This document shows positions 38,100 to 50,803 of a DNA stretch of 64,000 nucleotides, piece by piece. Both the position numbers and the translations under genes were made by a program. The stretch lies in assembly GCA_011109175.1 (NCBI GenBank), contig RDEW01000029.1:530158-594157 (forward strand), in the 5' to 3' direction. How positions within the stretch are numbered: the stretch's first letter is position 1; the number at the start of each line of letters is the position of its first letter. A model generated the notes under the pieces. It had not been told where the DNA came from, ran no database searches, and saw only the letters and a list, made by a program, of their open reading frames with translations. The DNA is from Dicyema japonicum (Eukaryota > Animalia > Dicyemida).

Positions 38100-38960
38100 G
38101 CAACTACTGACTTAGTTGACTTATCATTCAATTTATTTCGATGTTTATTATTTATGTGAATCATTATACTGAAATTTCATTAAATTTTCAATTTTGAGAA
38201 CTGAGATAAATTCCACATCTGATTAAGGGTCTATCAATTCCAATTGAGTTGATGTTGAAGCATTCTTAGGATTTATATTAAATGGTGTTGCAATTATTTT
38301 CATTAATAGCAAAATTTCACCAAAATTCTTAAAATAAACTTAATTTAAATAAACCGTAGAGCGTTTTTAAATTCTACAATAAGGTGACTAATAAAGGCGG
38401 TATATTTTTCAAATGAACCGATGGTTTTATTTAAGCTCAAAAAATGCAATGGGTCTTGATTGCTATTTGATCTCTGCAAAGATTTAATTTCGAAAGAAAA
38501 GAAGCAATTTATCCATACGGTTGATGACAAAATTTGTATTGCCTCTGTAATTCACAATTCAACGAGGATAAATGAGATGATAGATCGAGCCAAAAGCTAA
38601 ATCGACAATCCACTTCTTATTGTTCAACAAAGCATGACATTTGTGTTCTTTAACATATTCTCTTATTTGAGGGAGTTGTTCATAAAGTCTACGTTTTATT
38701 TAAACAAATATACCTTTTAAGGCACAACGACTTAACCTTCGAACCGTGGTATTATAAAGCACATCACTATGGACTGTGTCAATTTCTATTAATATTATTT
38801 CTTTCTATTCTTCTTGTAATAGTATTATTACTTAATGGTAATCGTTTTGCAATATTTTGAATATTTATTGACATATTCATCACAAAAAATGAAAATAGCA
38901 GTTTTAATAATTTCTTCATCAAAATAAGATTTCATATTTACAGCAAGAAGGTGACTAATT
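38100..38960 (-). mobile_element. hAT transposase remnant (GTF2IRD2/SPIN-like)
   Basis: DVLYNTTVRRLSR resembles DLLYHTEVRWLSR; LHFLSL..EKYTAFISHLIVEF. Confidence 0.55.
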
Positions 38961-39109
38961 TTATAAGATGTTAATAATTAATGCTTATTTTCTACTGGTT
39001 TAAATATTGAGGACTGCTTTTTCAAATGACGTCTTGAAAATATCGAGTTTTTTTTTTTTTAAAATTGTATATCTCGGAGTGTTTTTTTAATGACGTTATG
39101 ATGTCAAAT

Positions 39110-39742
39110 TTGTTCCTTTTGCTATGGAGACTTCCGGATTTTACTCCCCCTCTACACTCGAGTTTTTCGGACGTCTTGGAAACCGGATCACCTCATGCAC
39201 TGGAGATCTCCGTGAACGCCGCTGGCTATTTGAGCGAATTTCGCTCGCAATTTGAGGGCGGCAACTACCTGACGGAACAGCCACGCAGTGAGGGCGGCAA
39301 CTACCTGACTTCTATTGTTTGAAACTTTAAAAAAAATAAAAAAAATGACATTCAATAGTAAAATTTGTCAATGATTTGATAACACAGTTGCATATAAACA
39401 AACTGTTTTATCATTCTCTTTAACGAAAAAAAAGTTTCTTCCCATTGTAAGACAAAATTAAAAATTTCGTTTTTCCTCCGAAAAGAAGCCGGTAACCATT
39501 CGTTTTGGAATGATAAGTTTGACATATCAGCCCTGACGTGATACTATACGACATTTATTAATGGAAAAATAAAATGTAAAGATGGTCATAAAGCGGTCGC
39601 CCTGACTGCGTGGCTATTCCCTCTCAGATAACCAGCAGCGCTCACGGGGATCTCTGTTCGAGATTCGATCAAAGCAGAAATCCGATTCCCTAGACGACTC
39701 AAGAATTCTAGCGGCGGAGACGCTAAGGAACCAGACGTCTCA
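39110..39742. mobile_element. Two CRE-like 3' ends in inverted orientation (39110-39320 +, 39590-39742 -)
   Basis: FAMETSGFYSPSTLEFFGRLGNRITSCTGDLRERRWLFERISLAI and an opposite-strand homolog ETSGSLASPPLEFLSRLGNRIS. Confidence 0.65.
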
Positions 39743-39981
39743 TAATAATAATAACTGCCTTCACGAGAGCCACAATATTTATAGCTCCACACATAGGCAG
39801 GACACACAATTTATTTAAGTAAAGAACAGTTAATTTTAACTAATCGTAGAACCAAGGAATGATCTTCACTTCTTTTTTCTTTTTCTCTCGTCAAGCCCTT
39901 TTAGCATCATAGATGCGTGGAACCTTTTACCAGGTGAACAGCAGCGAGAATCGAACCCGTAACCTAGCCACTATGCCACCC
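39743..39981 (-). mobile_element. SINE family A copy with internal deletions
   Basis: Reverse complement matches 29380-29700 in head, body and (TTA)n tail. Confidence 0.88.
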
Positions 39982-40419
39982 GGCTTCTCAACAGAGATTT
40001 TTATTTATTATAAAACATAATTATGTAATTTTTAACAATATTGAAATTTATCCTTTTCTTTAGAGTTGTTGATCATTTTAAAAGCTCTGAATACTATACG
40101 ATTTGCTAGACATTTTGATAAAAAAATATTCTTTAATGTCATTTTTCAACATTTATAATCAACAAAAGATCATTCTTACCAATTTGCTTATTAATATATA
40201 CCTTCAAAATAACTGGGTCCTCATCAAAATTAATAGCGAGAATGCGTATGTGTTTTTAATAGAATGATCTATCTTGAACATAGCAAAAATCAAATCCTAT
40301 TCGGGTAGCGAAAATGCAAAATTTGTAACTTTACATTTCGAGGTGTTCAGAGTTAAGCATAGAGATTCCATTTGAACTATCAGGATTTTCAAACAATCAG
40401 GGCATCTTTCGGATGATGA

Positions 40420-40740
40420 TGAAATCATCCAAATACCATCATGTCAGAAGAGTAGAACAATATTCCCGTGATACGGGCAATTCCCGGGCTGAACAAGGCA
40501 GGACTCCAAATGAGATACGTTGAACCTCAAGAAGACATTTTCTATAACATCTGGCCTCATATTGATAACTAGTTCTTGTGGAATATGGTCGCTCCCGATA
40601 TTCCATAGAGTTTTTGGTTTTCCCACATAGACAGATAGAGCTGGCGATACTAGGAATACGCCGAGTTTGTCGCCACCATGATAATAAAAATGATTTGAGT
40701 CATCCGACGTAAGGATCACAAAGCTACATGCTTCGAATTA
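40420..40740 (-). mobile_element. LINE family B endonuclease fragment, inverted
   Basis: NHFYYHGGDKLGVFLVS..IGSDHIP parallels 42420-42560. Confidence 0.75.
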
Positions 40741-40779
40741 AGATCGCCAATTAAAATAGTATAGGGATTCTTGTTTTAG

Positions 40780-43700
40780 AACTCAGAGATATCTATAGAA
40801 CAAGTCGCAAGATTCTTGGAGTATAGGAAAAAGAACGACTACGAAAGCCACAACAGTGAAAGCCAGCAGCTCTTCTCGTCCTTCGGGAAGTGATACGGCT
40901 GAGTCATTCTCTTTAGATAACAAAACGCCGTATAAGGCAGAACCTGCTAAACCTGCGAATGATCCTACGGAACACGACCCCACAGAAGTGTCCGAACCAA
41001 TGGACGAACCAATGAAAGCTGATGATCTTATAGACAACAGGACTCTATTGATCACAGTCGATTCTACTATGAGTGCGATAAAGATTGCAAACGTTCTACA
41101 ATACTATGACCAGTACGGATCTTTGAGGATTAGCCACAGAGGACTGGATTTCTAGGACAATTCCCACATGGCCACCTATATGGAGGCCGTGAATGACATT
41201 TGTCCCTATGGTCCGGACAACCACCGATTCAGAACACTCCTAACAAAACCTTCTGAGATTGTCCTCAAGAACCTATTTTTCTGGGTGAAAGAAGACGACC
41301 TCTTGGACTACCTCCAGGAGATAGTTCCCTCAGTTACAAAGGTTACACGAATGTCCAGAGGATCGCAGGCAATGCCAATGGCAAAGGCCTTGATCAATAG
41401 TAAATCGGAGGCCACATCACTAATACGCTGTGGCTTCCACATCGGAACGAACAAGATCTCTTGTGAGTGGATGAGAAAAGGACCGTCAATATGCTACAAC
41501 TGTCAGCAGGGTCACTTTGCATACCAGTGCACGGGAAAGAAGAAATGCTTCCGTTGCGCTGGAGAGCATGACACCTCCAGGTGCAATGCAGATCCAGGTC
41601 TTGAACCTAAGTGTGTTAACTGCAGATCGACAAAACACGATGCAAGATATGGAGGATGCCCTGTGCTTGTGGAGGCCAGGCGAAAGCTAAATCCCCGAAT
41701 GTTGTAACCAACAAAATGGAACCACCAGCCCAAAAAAGAATAATTGGCCAAAGGATTAACAAGAATAAACCAGCTCCTCTTCCACGAGAATGGCATGGCT
41801 ACCCAGGGAAAAGATACCATGGAGAATTGCATAAGAACTGGAAGAAATAATATCAAGACTGAAGGAACTAAGCGGCATACTCAAGGTGGATTTACGAAGA
41901 ATTGTGGACCTGGAGAAAATTGAAAAGAAACTGAAGATAGTGCTGGTAAACGTATGATCCATGAGGAAGAGGCGTCATGATTTGGCAGTATTACTGTCGT
42001 CCACCAAGATTGACATCCTGGTGGTCAACGAGACCAAGGTGAATAAGACTAACACTACAATGCTACAGGGATACAATTCCATAGAAATACCATGGGTCGA
42101 AGGTGCAGAGGCTGGTACTGGAACCACATTGTTCCACAGTGATGTTTCACAGATACGTGAGCCAAAAGTTTATATGAATACACATTGTGAATTTATTTCC
42201 CTTAAGGTGCGATGCTGTGGCCGTTGGATACACGTTGGAGGAATGTATTCAAAGGTCCTCAGAAAGTTCTCCACAGAAATTGAAGAATTCTTCTCAGGAA
42301 ACGATGTGTCTGTCTAGTGGGAGAACTAAATGCCAAGAACATTAAATATGGATGCCTCGGAACCAACGAGGATGGAATCAGGCTAAGAAAATTGAGTGAT
42401 AAGACTGGCTTCGAGATTTTGACGTCGGAGAAGCCGAATCATTTCTCGCACTACGGTGGAGACATGCTTGGGGTGTTCCTGGTGTCACACTGCTCTACAC
42501 TTATGTGGAGAGACCGATGATCATGTGACATCGGGAGCGACCACATTCCCAAAGAGAGTCACTGAACCTGGCTCCAGACACTACGGAGTCAGTGTTTACG
42601 ACCTATCAAGACTAAATTGTGGACACTATAGAAGATGCATATCTAGAAACCTAAAAAACTGGAAGGAGGGACCTTATTCCCAAGTGATATTGACAACATA
42701 GACAGATAACTTTCAATTGTGATGGAGAGATCTTATCACTTTACGCCAGGAGGAGACTGTCCGATACGAATTATAAGAAGAGCATTAATTTATCCCTTCT
42801 ACGCTATCTATGATGAAAGAAAGAAACCGACTGAGGAACAAACTAGAAGATAGATGGACCGGACTACATTGACTGGTCAACTAAGATAATCAAAAAAGCA
42901 TTGAAGAGGGAACAAGACTGGCAATAGAACAATGTTGGAGGGTCGAAACAAGCCAACTAAACACCAAAGACCCTTCGTTCTGGAAGATCTACAAAAGAAT
43001 AACAGGCCAGAAGAGGAATGATATGAAAATCTCTCTGAACAAACCGGAAGGTGGATCATATTCTATGGAAGAAGTCTCAGAAATCTTTAAGAAGCAACTA
43101 GCTGATCCCGAGGAAAGAGTTGAGAGCTTTAAAAGAACTTCTTACTTATTTCCCGAGCGATCTCAAGGATACTGATATGAAGATAACGACAGAGGACGTC
43201 GTGATTGCCATTAGAGCATGCGAAGCTAACGCCCCTAGACATGACCATATTAGCATGAGAATGCTCAAGGAAAGTCCAGATGATCTGCTGATCGTGCTAA
43301 AGAATTTATTCAACGCGAACATAGATTATGGATATGTCCCCAAACGCTGGAAAACCTCCATAGTCAGAATGATCCTGAAACCGGGAAAGTTGAGGAGGGA
43401 CCCTTTCAACTATTGGCCGATCAGCCTCATTTGCTCTATTTCCAATATTGTAGAGCGAATTATCTTCGAAAGGCTAAACGAACACATAGAAGAGAGTGGT
43501 TTCCTTTTCGCAGAACAATGTGACTTCAGACCTGAGAAATCCTGCACGGATTGCATCCAGCAGATGCATTAGGTGGTATTGAAAGGTCTGGAATTCAAGA
43601 GACAAGTTAACCTGGTATGTTTGGACCTCTCCAAAAATCTCGATAACGTGTGGCATGAAGCTCTGCTATCAAGGCTAGCGGCTGCTAACATCCAAAGGAA

Positions 43701-44560
43701 ACTTTTCATATGGATAGATGACTTCTTAACAGAACGGACTTCCCGAGTACGTGTTGGGACGAGTATGTCAAAAGATATCCTACTGAAAAAGGGTGTTTCA
43801 CAGGGCTCTGTCTTGAGCCCGCTTCTGTTCAATATGTTTCTATCAGACTTTCCAATTCCGCCGGATATGAACACCAAACTATTGATATACGCAGACGATA
43901 TTCTAATTGCAGACATGTCTGGGAAATCAACTCTATCGAAAAGAAGAATCAAGTCATTTATCGACCAAGTGCAAGATTGGTGCTCCAAGAGAGGGATGAG
44001 ACTCTTTACGGAAAAGTCCAGCTGCTTGAAAGTTAGCCGTCTACGGAGACACCGTACGCATCCCTACTCACTTGATATTCCAAAAGTAAACTCACTCCGC
44101 TACCTCGGGATAGTTATTGATGGAGAAGGTTCCTTCATGGAGGATATCAGACGAAGAAGGAAGAAGGCGCTACAAGCGCTTCTCTGTACGAGCAAGTTAT
44201 TCGTAAGTTTGGAGACCTTCTTGTTTATCTTCATGAAGATTATTCTACCAGAGCTACTATACGGGTGTGAAGCGTGGTTTTTCTCTCGTCAAAAGGATAG
44301 ATAATGTTACTCATGGAAAAATCGAGAAGGTCAGAAATAAAGTTGGCCTTGGGGAAAAAGCTGTTTGATGTCCTAAATACAGAAGAAGACAAGATTCTTG
44401 CACCGGTCAAAAATATTTTAGAGAAGAGGATCAAGGGGATCCGACGCTAGGACGAGATTAAAATGGAGATGGGGTGCATCGGAAGAGTCCAGGCCGCATA
44501 GGCGGACTCGTTAATACCCTCCAAACTAATTCATAATTCCTGTTGAATAAAGTGTTTTTG
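40780..44560 (+). mobile_element. Jockey/I-like LINE family B, near full-length: gag-like ORF1 with three zinc knuckles, APE, RT; disrupted
   Basis: ORF1 41168-41707 CYNCQQGHFAYQC, CFRCAGEHDTSRC, CVNCRSTKH; APE VVNETK, GELNAK, IGSDHIP; RT WPISL, DLSKNLDNV, GVSQGSVLSP, YADD, YLG. Confidence 0.92.
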
Positions 44561-44719
44561 GTTTCGGTTAATTTCTTATATCTCGACAGAATGGCTTTGC
44601 AATTCGAGCGAATCCCGCTAACTATCCTGAGAGGGAATGGTCACGGAGTCAGGGCAGCTTCTATATAACCGTTACTCTATTTTCTCTTTTCAATAAAATT
44701 TTCCATTTGTAATGAGTGA

Positions 44720-45575
44720 CAGAAGTAAAAGAATACTTTCTGAAAATAGATATATTTACTTTGACCTCAGGCACGGGGATATGGAAAAACTTCCTGATTA
44801 CGCCAATTCTAAAGCCTGGAAAACCAGAAGTTCCCTCTTCTTATCGTATCAATAACCTTGTGTTTTTATTAAAAGTGCTAGAAAAAGCTTGTATTAATAC
44901 GTATCTCTCTTGTTCTACATCTACCAGAATTTAAACATGGTTTCAGGGCAGACCGTTCTACAACGACTTAGTTGAGTTCTATTTTCTAGTTTATTACTGA
45001 CGGCTTCGATATGAGAACACACTTACGGACGGCCTTAGTATCCATCGATATAAAGAAGGCCGTTGATTCTGTTCCGAGAAAACTCCTAACGCAAAAAATT
45101 TTTAATTCTAACTTACGTCCGAACATCAAGCAATAGCTGTAAAATTTCTTAACTAGGCGACGCGGAAGGGTCCGGATTGACGAAACCACTTCCAAATCAA
45201 GACTACTCCCTAATGGGGTCCTGCAAGGCTCCCCTCTGTCTCCTCTCTTATCTAACTTATTTCTACACGATTTACCTACTATCAATGATCAGGACACCAT
45301 GTTTTCATCTTATGCGGACGACTTGATTATCGCTTCAAGGACATATCTCCTTTAGGTTCAGTCACACCTCAACCAGGTGTGTGACTCCATGAATTTGCTG
45401 TCTGTGTCTGCATCCATGTCTCAGTTCACGCTATTTACTACGGACAGAAGATTTAAAGATTGACTTGAGATATACCTCGGAAACATTCTCATTCTTGACT
45501 TTAGATATTCCTCGGAAACATTCCCCTTATACACGAATCCAGAAGATCCTTGGAGTAACTTTCGACTCTTTTTGA
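44720..45575 (+). mobile_element. LINE family A RT fragment, decayed
   Basis: PILKPGKPEVPSSYR, SIDIKKAVDSV, GVLQGSPLSPLLSN, SYADD, KILGVTFDS. Confidence 0.85.
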
Positions 45576-45579
45576 AAAA

Positions 45580-47640
45580 TGTAATGGCGAAGTCACATTT
45601 TGGAAATCTGAATTCTATTATAAAATTAATTGTAAAGCGAGAGTGTACATTAAGGGAGACATCATTGTTAAAAGAGTCAATGAACACAATCATGCTGGTG
45701 ATGCTGCATATGTTGAATCTAAGGGAATTACTCATGAAATAAAAAAAAAGCTGTTGCATCACAAGAAAATGCACATCTTATTATAGATAAAGTGTGTGTG
45801 GGTTTACCACTGGAGGTGTCTGCCCGACTACCCGCAGCATCTTTAATTAAAAAAGGAATATTAGAAATTCAAGAAATTTAAAAGATCAAGCTCTTCCCAA
45901 TCCACTTAACATAGACCAGTTAAGAATACCTCCAGAATACAGGTACTCTTATGCCAATGAACCTTTTCTACTATTTTATAGTAAAGACAGATTTGACAGA
46001 ACAATAATTTTTACAACGAGAAAAAATCTTAATTTGCTTTCCACTACAATTATGTACAATTCGTGGACAAGTAAATAATGATGTTTTACCACTTATATAC
46101 GTTTTAATGTGTAAAAGAACGGAAAAAAGCTATAAAAAAGTTTTTTGGAATTAAAATCATTGGAGCCATCGTTATCACCGAGGACAATTATAACTGATTT
46201 CGAAAAAGCAGCTATAAATGGATTTAATATTATATTTCCTGATGCTATTAACGGGAGGAACTGGTCGAGGATCTTTCAAAATACAAGATTTCAATCGCCT
46301 GCTTTCAGGAGACCAAACTTATCAACGGGATCGAAGAACAACATGGGAACTTTCGACTAATCTTCCTTCCAGGTGGAAACAGCACTATGGGCTAGGATTT
46401 GCCGTTAGAAATGATCTATCCAAGAGAGTTTGCCGATATTACAGTGTGAATGATAGAATCGGGATGTTGCAATTGAAACTGGATGACTTTAACCCGTCGA
46501 AGAAATATCTAACTATAATAAACGTGTATGCCCCTCACAGTGAATGGTTTAATAAAAACCCTGAGGAGATTGATGATTTTTACACCATTCTTTCTGCCAT
46601 TTTCTCCAAGTATGCTCTCTCAACATTAGTAATGATCGCAGGAGACCTAAATGCGAAAGCTGGCACCCAGGTTACGACCGATGAGACATTCATGGGAAGG
46701 CATGGTAAGGGAAAAAGAAATCTCCCGGGAACTCTACTAGCTAACTTCTGTCAAACGAACAACATTTTTTATGTAATACAGCCTTCATGCATCCAGCCAG
46801 ACATAAATCTACGTGGTCGGGATATAGAACAAATCCCGAAGGGCGAGTGATAAAAATGTACAACTAGATCGACTATATCATATGCAGGCAAAAAGATCGA
46901 TTATACTTGATGCACGAGCTTATGGTGGATCGATTATCGACAGCGACTACAAAATGGTTATTGCTAGACTTTCTCTAAAGAGATTTATGGTACTACAAAT
47001 AACGAAATAGAAGCACATTGAAACCACAGAACCCAACTATAGACGTTATAATTTGGAATCCTTAATCAGTCAATCAGAAGGGGCCCTAGCATTCAAAGAA
47101 TATCTGGATGCAGAACTAGAAAACATGCCTACAGATTTGCCGCCCGGAAAATTCTGGGATTTTGTAAAACAGTCAATACATAGAGGAGCCAATCTGCATC
47201 TATTGAAAGAAAATGAGAAAATCCCATCGCACAATGAAATTTGCACGGTGAAGGACCTTGCCAATAGCAGAAGACCATATGAATGCTATATCAAAATACT
47301 GACGATTCGAACGTAAAACCGCGGCTTTGAATAGGAGGAAGTGGATGAAACTAACCAGTGATTTGCTAACTTGTGCTGCACATGCTTTGTCAAGTCCTAT
47401 GACATAGCGATAAGTGCTAATAATAATATTACGAAGGGCTGTTTTCTTCATTTGTCCCAATCAATATTAAGATGTATCCAATCACAGGGATTACAATTAT
47501 TATATCAGAGAGAGACAGAATTCGCTTTGAAAATAGCATGATTGCGGCGCTTCCATTTGTCCCAACATTACATGTTGTTCATTATTTTGAACATTTGTGC
47601 GATTAACAGTTTTTCAGAAAACTGAAATAATATAATGTTG
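45580..47640 (+). mobile_element. MULE transposase fragment (FLYWCH plus MULE) interrupted by an RTE insertion
   Basis: CKARV..VNEHNH; PRTIITDFEKAAINGF; KGCFLHLSQSI; inverted paralog at ~60510-61610. Confidence 0.85.
46251..47426 (+). mobile_element. Internally deleted RTE-like element (APE region plus 3' end, no RT)
   Basis: ACFQET, HYGLGFAV, IINVYAPH, IAGDLNAK; (TAA)n tail; TATTA duplicated at 46246-46250 and 47427-47431; empty site at 60708-60712. Confidence 0.8.
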
Positions 47641-47679
47641 ATTTAATTTATTACAAAAAATAAGGGCTACTTGTGTCGA

Positions 47680-47985
47680 CCCACTTTGTCCATCTAACAT
47701 TGTCGGAAGCGCTGTAGACACACTCCATGCCGCGGAAAAAACGATGAGGGCAAAGGAGAAGAAATACGAAGCCCTACGAGACCGATTCGCGTTCTATCCC
47801 ATTGTGGTCGAGACAAGTTGAGGAATAAATAAAAAATCACTTCGCTTCCTAAAAAAACTTAGACGCCTAGCTACACTAAAAAGCCACGACGCAAGTGAGA
47901 CCCGGTGGTTTCTCCAGTTGATCTCCGTTGAAATCGTGAGATCGAGTATGTCGTATGTCGGCGGGGTCCACTTTGGATGGTTTTA
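47680..47985 (+). mobile_element. CRE-like 3' fragment (RLE C-terminus)
   Basis: AKEKKYEALRDRFAFYPIVVETS*G..FLKKL..ETRWFLQLISVEIVR. Confidence 0.6.
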
Positions 47986-48212
47986 CAAAATTATTATCAC
48001 TAATGTTGACATTTTCGTCGTATCTACTTTAATCTTGTTTTAGAGATACAATAAACTCTCTAATCTGCCGGTGGTTTTTGTAGTAAATTACGATTTTTGT
48101 GGTAAATTATTAGCCAAATTAAAAAAACTTAGTCTTTATAGTTAAAATAAAATATAATCAATATAAAAATCATAATTAGTTAAATAAATTTAAAACTATA
48201 TTAACGTGATAA

Positions 48213-48948
48213 ATGGGACCACCACCACCCTTAGATTTTAGTAACCCTGATAATGTTAAGGAATACTTCAAGCGAATATACATTGAGTACAGATATTCAT
48301 GTTTTGAAGAAAACGATCCTGAAGGTACCATCTTTAAACTTTTAAGGCTGCTACCGTCTTGCCACATTCTTAGACAACATAAAAAACAAATATAGTCGTG
48401 CTGGAAGGGTTTATAAGAAAAATTGTGAGGAGTTGAACCATGGACGATCCTGTGTTCGACTGGGGGTCTACTATATGAAGGGAATTGGAGGATTTGGTCC
48501 TTGTACTGATTCAAGCAGAGAATATTTCAGAAGAGGCTGTGAATGTGGGACATTCGAAGGATGCCATAATTTGGGTTTCTCGTATATCACCGAAACCCCC
48601 ATCGACACCGATAAGGGAGTTTCGATTTTGGAAGACTCGTGCAATCGGGGGGCCTCTAGAAGTTGTTTTACACTGAGTCGATTTTTCTATGAGAACAAAA
48701 ATTTAAAAAACGATGAAGAATGCGAGGAAATGAAGTTTAAAAATGGAATTAAATCCTTGGAGTTTGCGAGGAAGGCATGTGATTTGGCGGACTTGAAAGG
48801 GTGCTATTTTTTGGCCGAACTCGTCGAGAAGGGGGTCGGGGGATCAACTGGAGGGAAGAATGAGGCTGAAAGAATCCGTAAAACAGCATATGAGAAGTAC
48901 AAGCCAATATACAGAAGTGATGATTCTTTTCTCTATGGGAGATCCTAA
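48213..48948 (+). CDS. COA7: Cytochrome c oxidase assembly factor 7 (Sel1 repeats)
   Basis: LDFSNPDNVKEYF..YRYSCFEENDPEG, 22-nt intron 48325-48346, then CYRLA..KKNCEELNHGRSCVRLG..GCHNLG..SC..LS..ACDLADLKGC. Confidence 0.88.
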
Positions 48949-49269
48949 ATGCAAACAATTTTGATGAAGTAATAAGTAAAAACTTTTTAATTTCTCAGTA
49001 AAAGCAATAATATAGAGGTCCTTGCAAGGAAAGGACTTGCCTAGGCTGTCCAATATTAGTGCTAATTATTTTACGTTGCCAGATCACATAAGACAACTAG
49101 GATTTATCGAATGATTCCTCAGACAAACACTGATTAACTGAGAGGGTTGCTTTGCCTTAACTTCGCGTATGTCTCTAAGTCCTTATTCCATTATACATGC
49201 GAGGAGATGACAAGTTAGAAGGCGTGAAAACATTAAGTGAAATAAAACTATATTACAAAGTTTTCAAGT

Positions 49270-49390
49270 CTAAGTGAGAATTTATCACATCAATCCGAGA
49301 AATTTTAACATTAAGGCGAGAATATGTCACCTCAATCTGAGAATTTTTAACATCACTGCGAGAATTCATCAATCCGAGAAATTTTCGATA
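49270..49390. repeat. Degenerate ~42-bp tandem repeat (2-3 units)
   Basis: Recurring CATCAATCCGAGAAATTTT / CCTCAATCTGAGAATTTTT. Confidence 0.6.
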
Positions 49391-49489
49391 ATTTAAGAAA
49401 AAAATTAATGAATTAATTTAATTAATCATTTTCATATAAACGATTCAGTCACCACTTCTAATTGCTTGGGACCCAAATAAAAGAGTTTC

Positions 49490-49612
49490 CTGTGGTGCTG
49501 GTGTTGCGTAGCTAATTTGTGAAGTTTTCTGTTTGTTTGTTCCTCCTCTCTCTTCCTATAAGAGTGGCGTCATGTGATTTACCTATTTAAGTGGCGCCCA
49601 GGTTAATATAAA
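49490..49612 (+). mobile_element. Family B retroposon 5' fragment
   Basis: Matches the first ~120 bp of 55153-55480. Confidence 0.75.
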
Positions 49613-50378
49613 TAGTTTCCTCATTCGTAGGTTTTACCCTCGTTGACAAAAAATATCTTGGTTTCAGGTCTAGATGAAAATATATTAATATACTCCCGAA
49701 CATACAACTATCTTTGATTTTCAACATCCGTAGACATTCTTAGTTAGGTTATGTTATCCAGTTAAGCCGTGTCCGACCCTTGGAGATCTCATGAACAAGT
49801 TTCCTCTACTTCGTAGTATTTTTTATTTTTTTTAAAAAGCCGTATACTATATTTTTAAATTCTATTTCTGAAATATTTCATTAGAAAGCCTCGAGCATAA
49901 ATAACGCATTCTTCATTCACTTTTTCTCTCCTATTGGTTAGAAAGTTTCCCATATTTTTTGAATTCCGATTGACTGTTTTTAGTGGAACATCAAGATTTT
50001 AGGAATATGTTTGACTAGGAAACCATTGTTGTAAATGTTAATGACAAAACTTCTCTTTCATTTATAGATAGACTGTATCAACATCGTTAGCGTGCAAGTC
50101 ACACCCTGATAGCCTGAAATAAGGATAAGTGATTATCAACTCAACCATAATGGTCCGATTCTCCCCACCTGTCGCAGGAAGGATCCAGTAGCAAAGCTGC
50201 GTCAAAAAAGATCAATTACTCTCATAAGCCTTTTCTTGGTAACAATCATCATTTGTGAACTAAAACAGTGGAGTACAAGGGTAGGTCGTGGAATGAACTA
50301 AGCTAACCACCAAAGATAAAAAGTCAATATAACGTTCATATAATAAATAGCCAATTTTAAAAAATGTAATGGTGAATA

Positions 50379-50803
50379 TCATTTATTCTGTTTATTTTGT
50401 TGAAGGTGCAAATCAATCCTTTCTTTGGCTCGGAAAACTTTAGACTGCAAATATAGTGAACCACCAGACTCCTTAGAATTGGCCTCAAATAAATGTTTGT
50501 AAACTGTTTCCAGCTTTTCAATGTCCTTTAGGTCATCTATGTTGAGAATACTCTTGGCTTCCTCAAGGCTCATTCCAAAATAAGCATTTTCTGCAGACGT
50601 CTTTATCTGACTCTTTTCGTTTTGTTGGCCAGCAGCCCCAACACGACGACTAGCTTGAAACTCCTGATGAATGGCCTTTTTAAGTGCAGAATAAAACAAT
50701 CTCCCTCCTGTAATGAGTACTTGTACGAGATATTTCGACTAAAATTACACTTAAGAATAATAATAATATTTATAATAATTTACACAAGAACACAAATCAC
50801 CAT
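50379..50803 (-). CDS. PAM16: Mitochondrial import motor subunit Pam16/Tim16
   Basis: ATG exon, 62-nt intron 50739-50800, then SKYLVQVLI..KKAIHQEFQAS..GMSLEEAKSILN..YKHLFEAN..GGSLYLQSKVFRAKERID. Confidence 0.95.
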
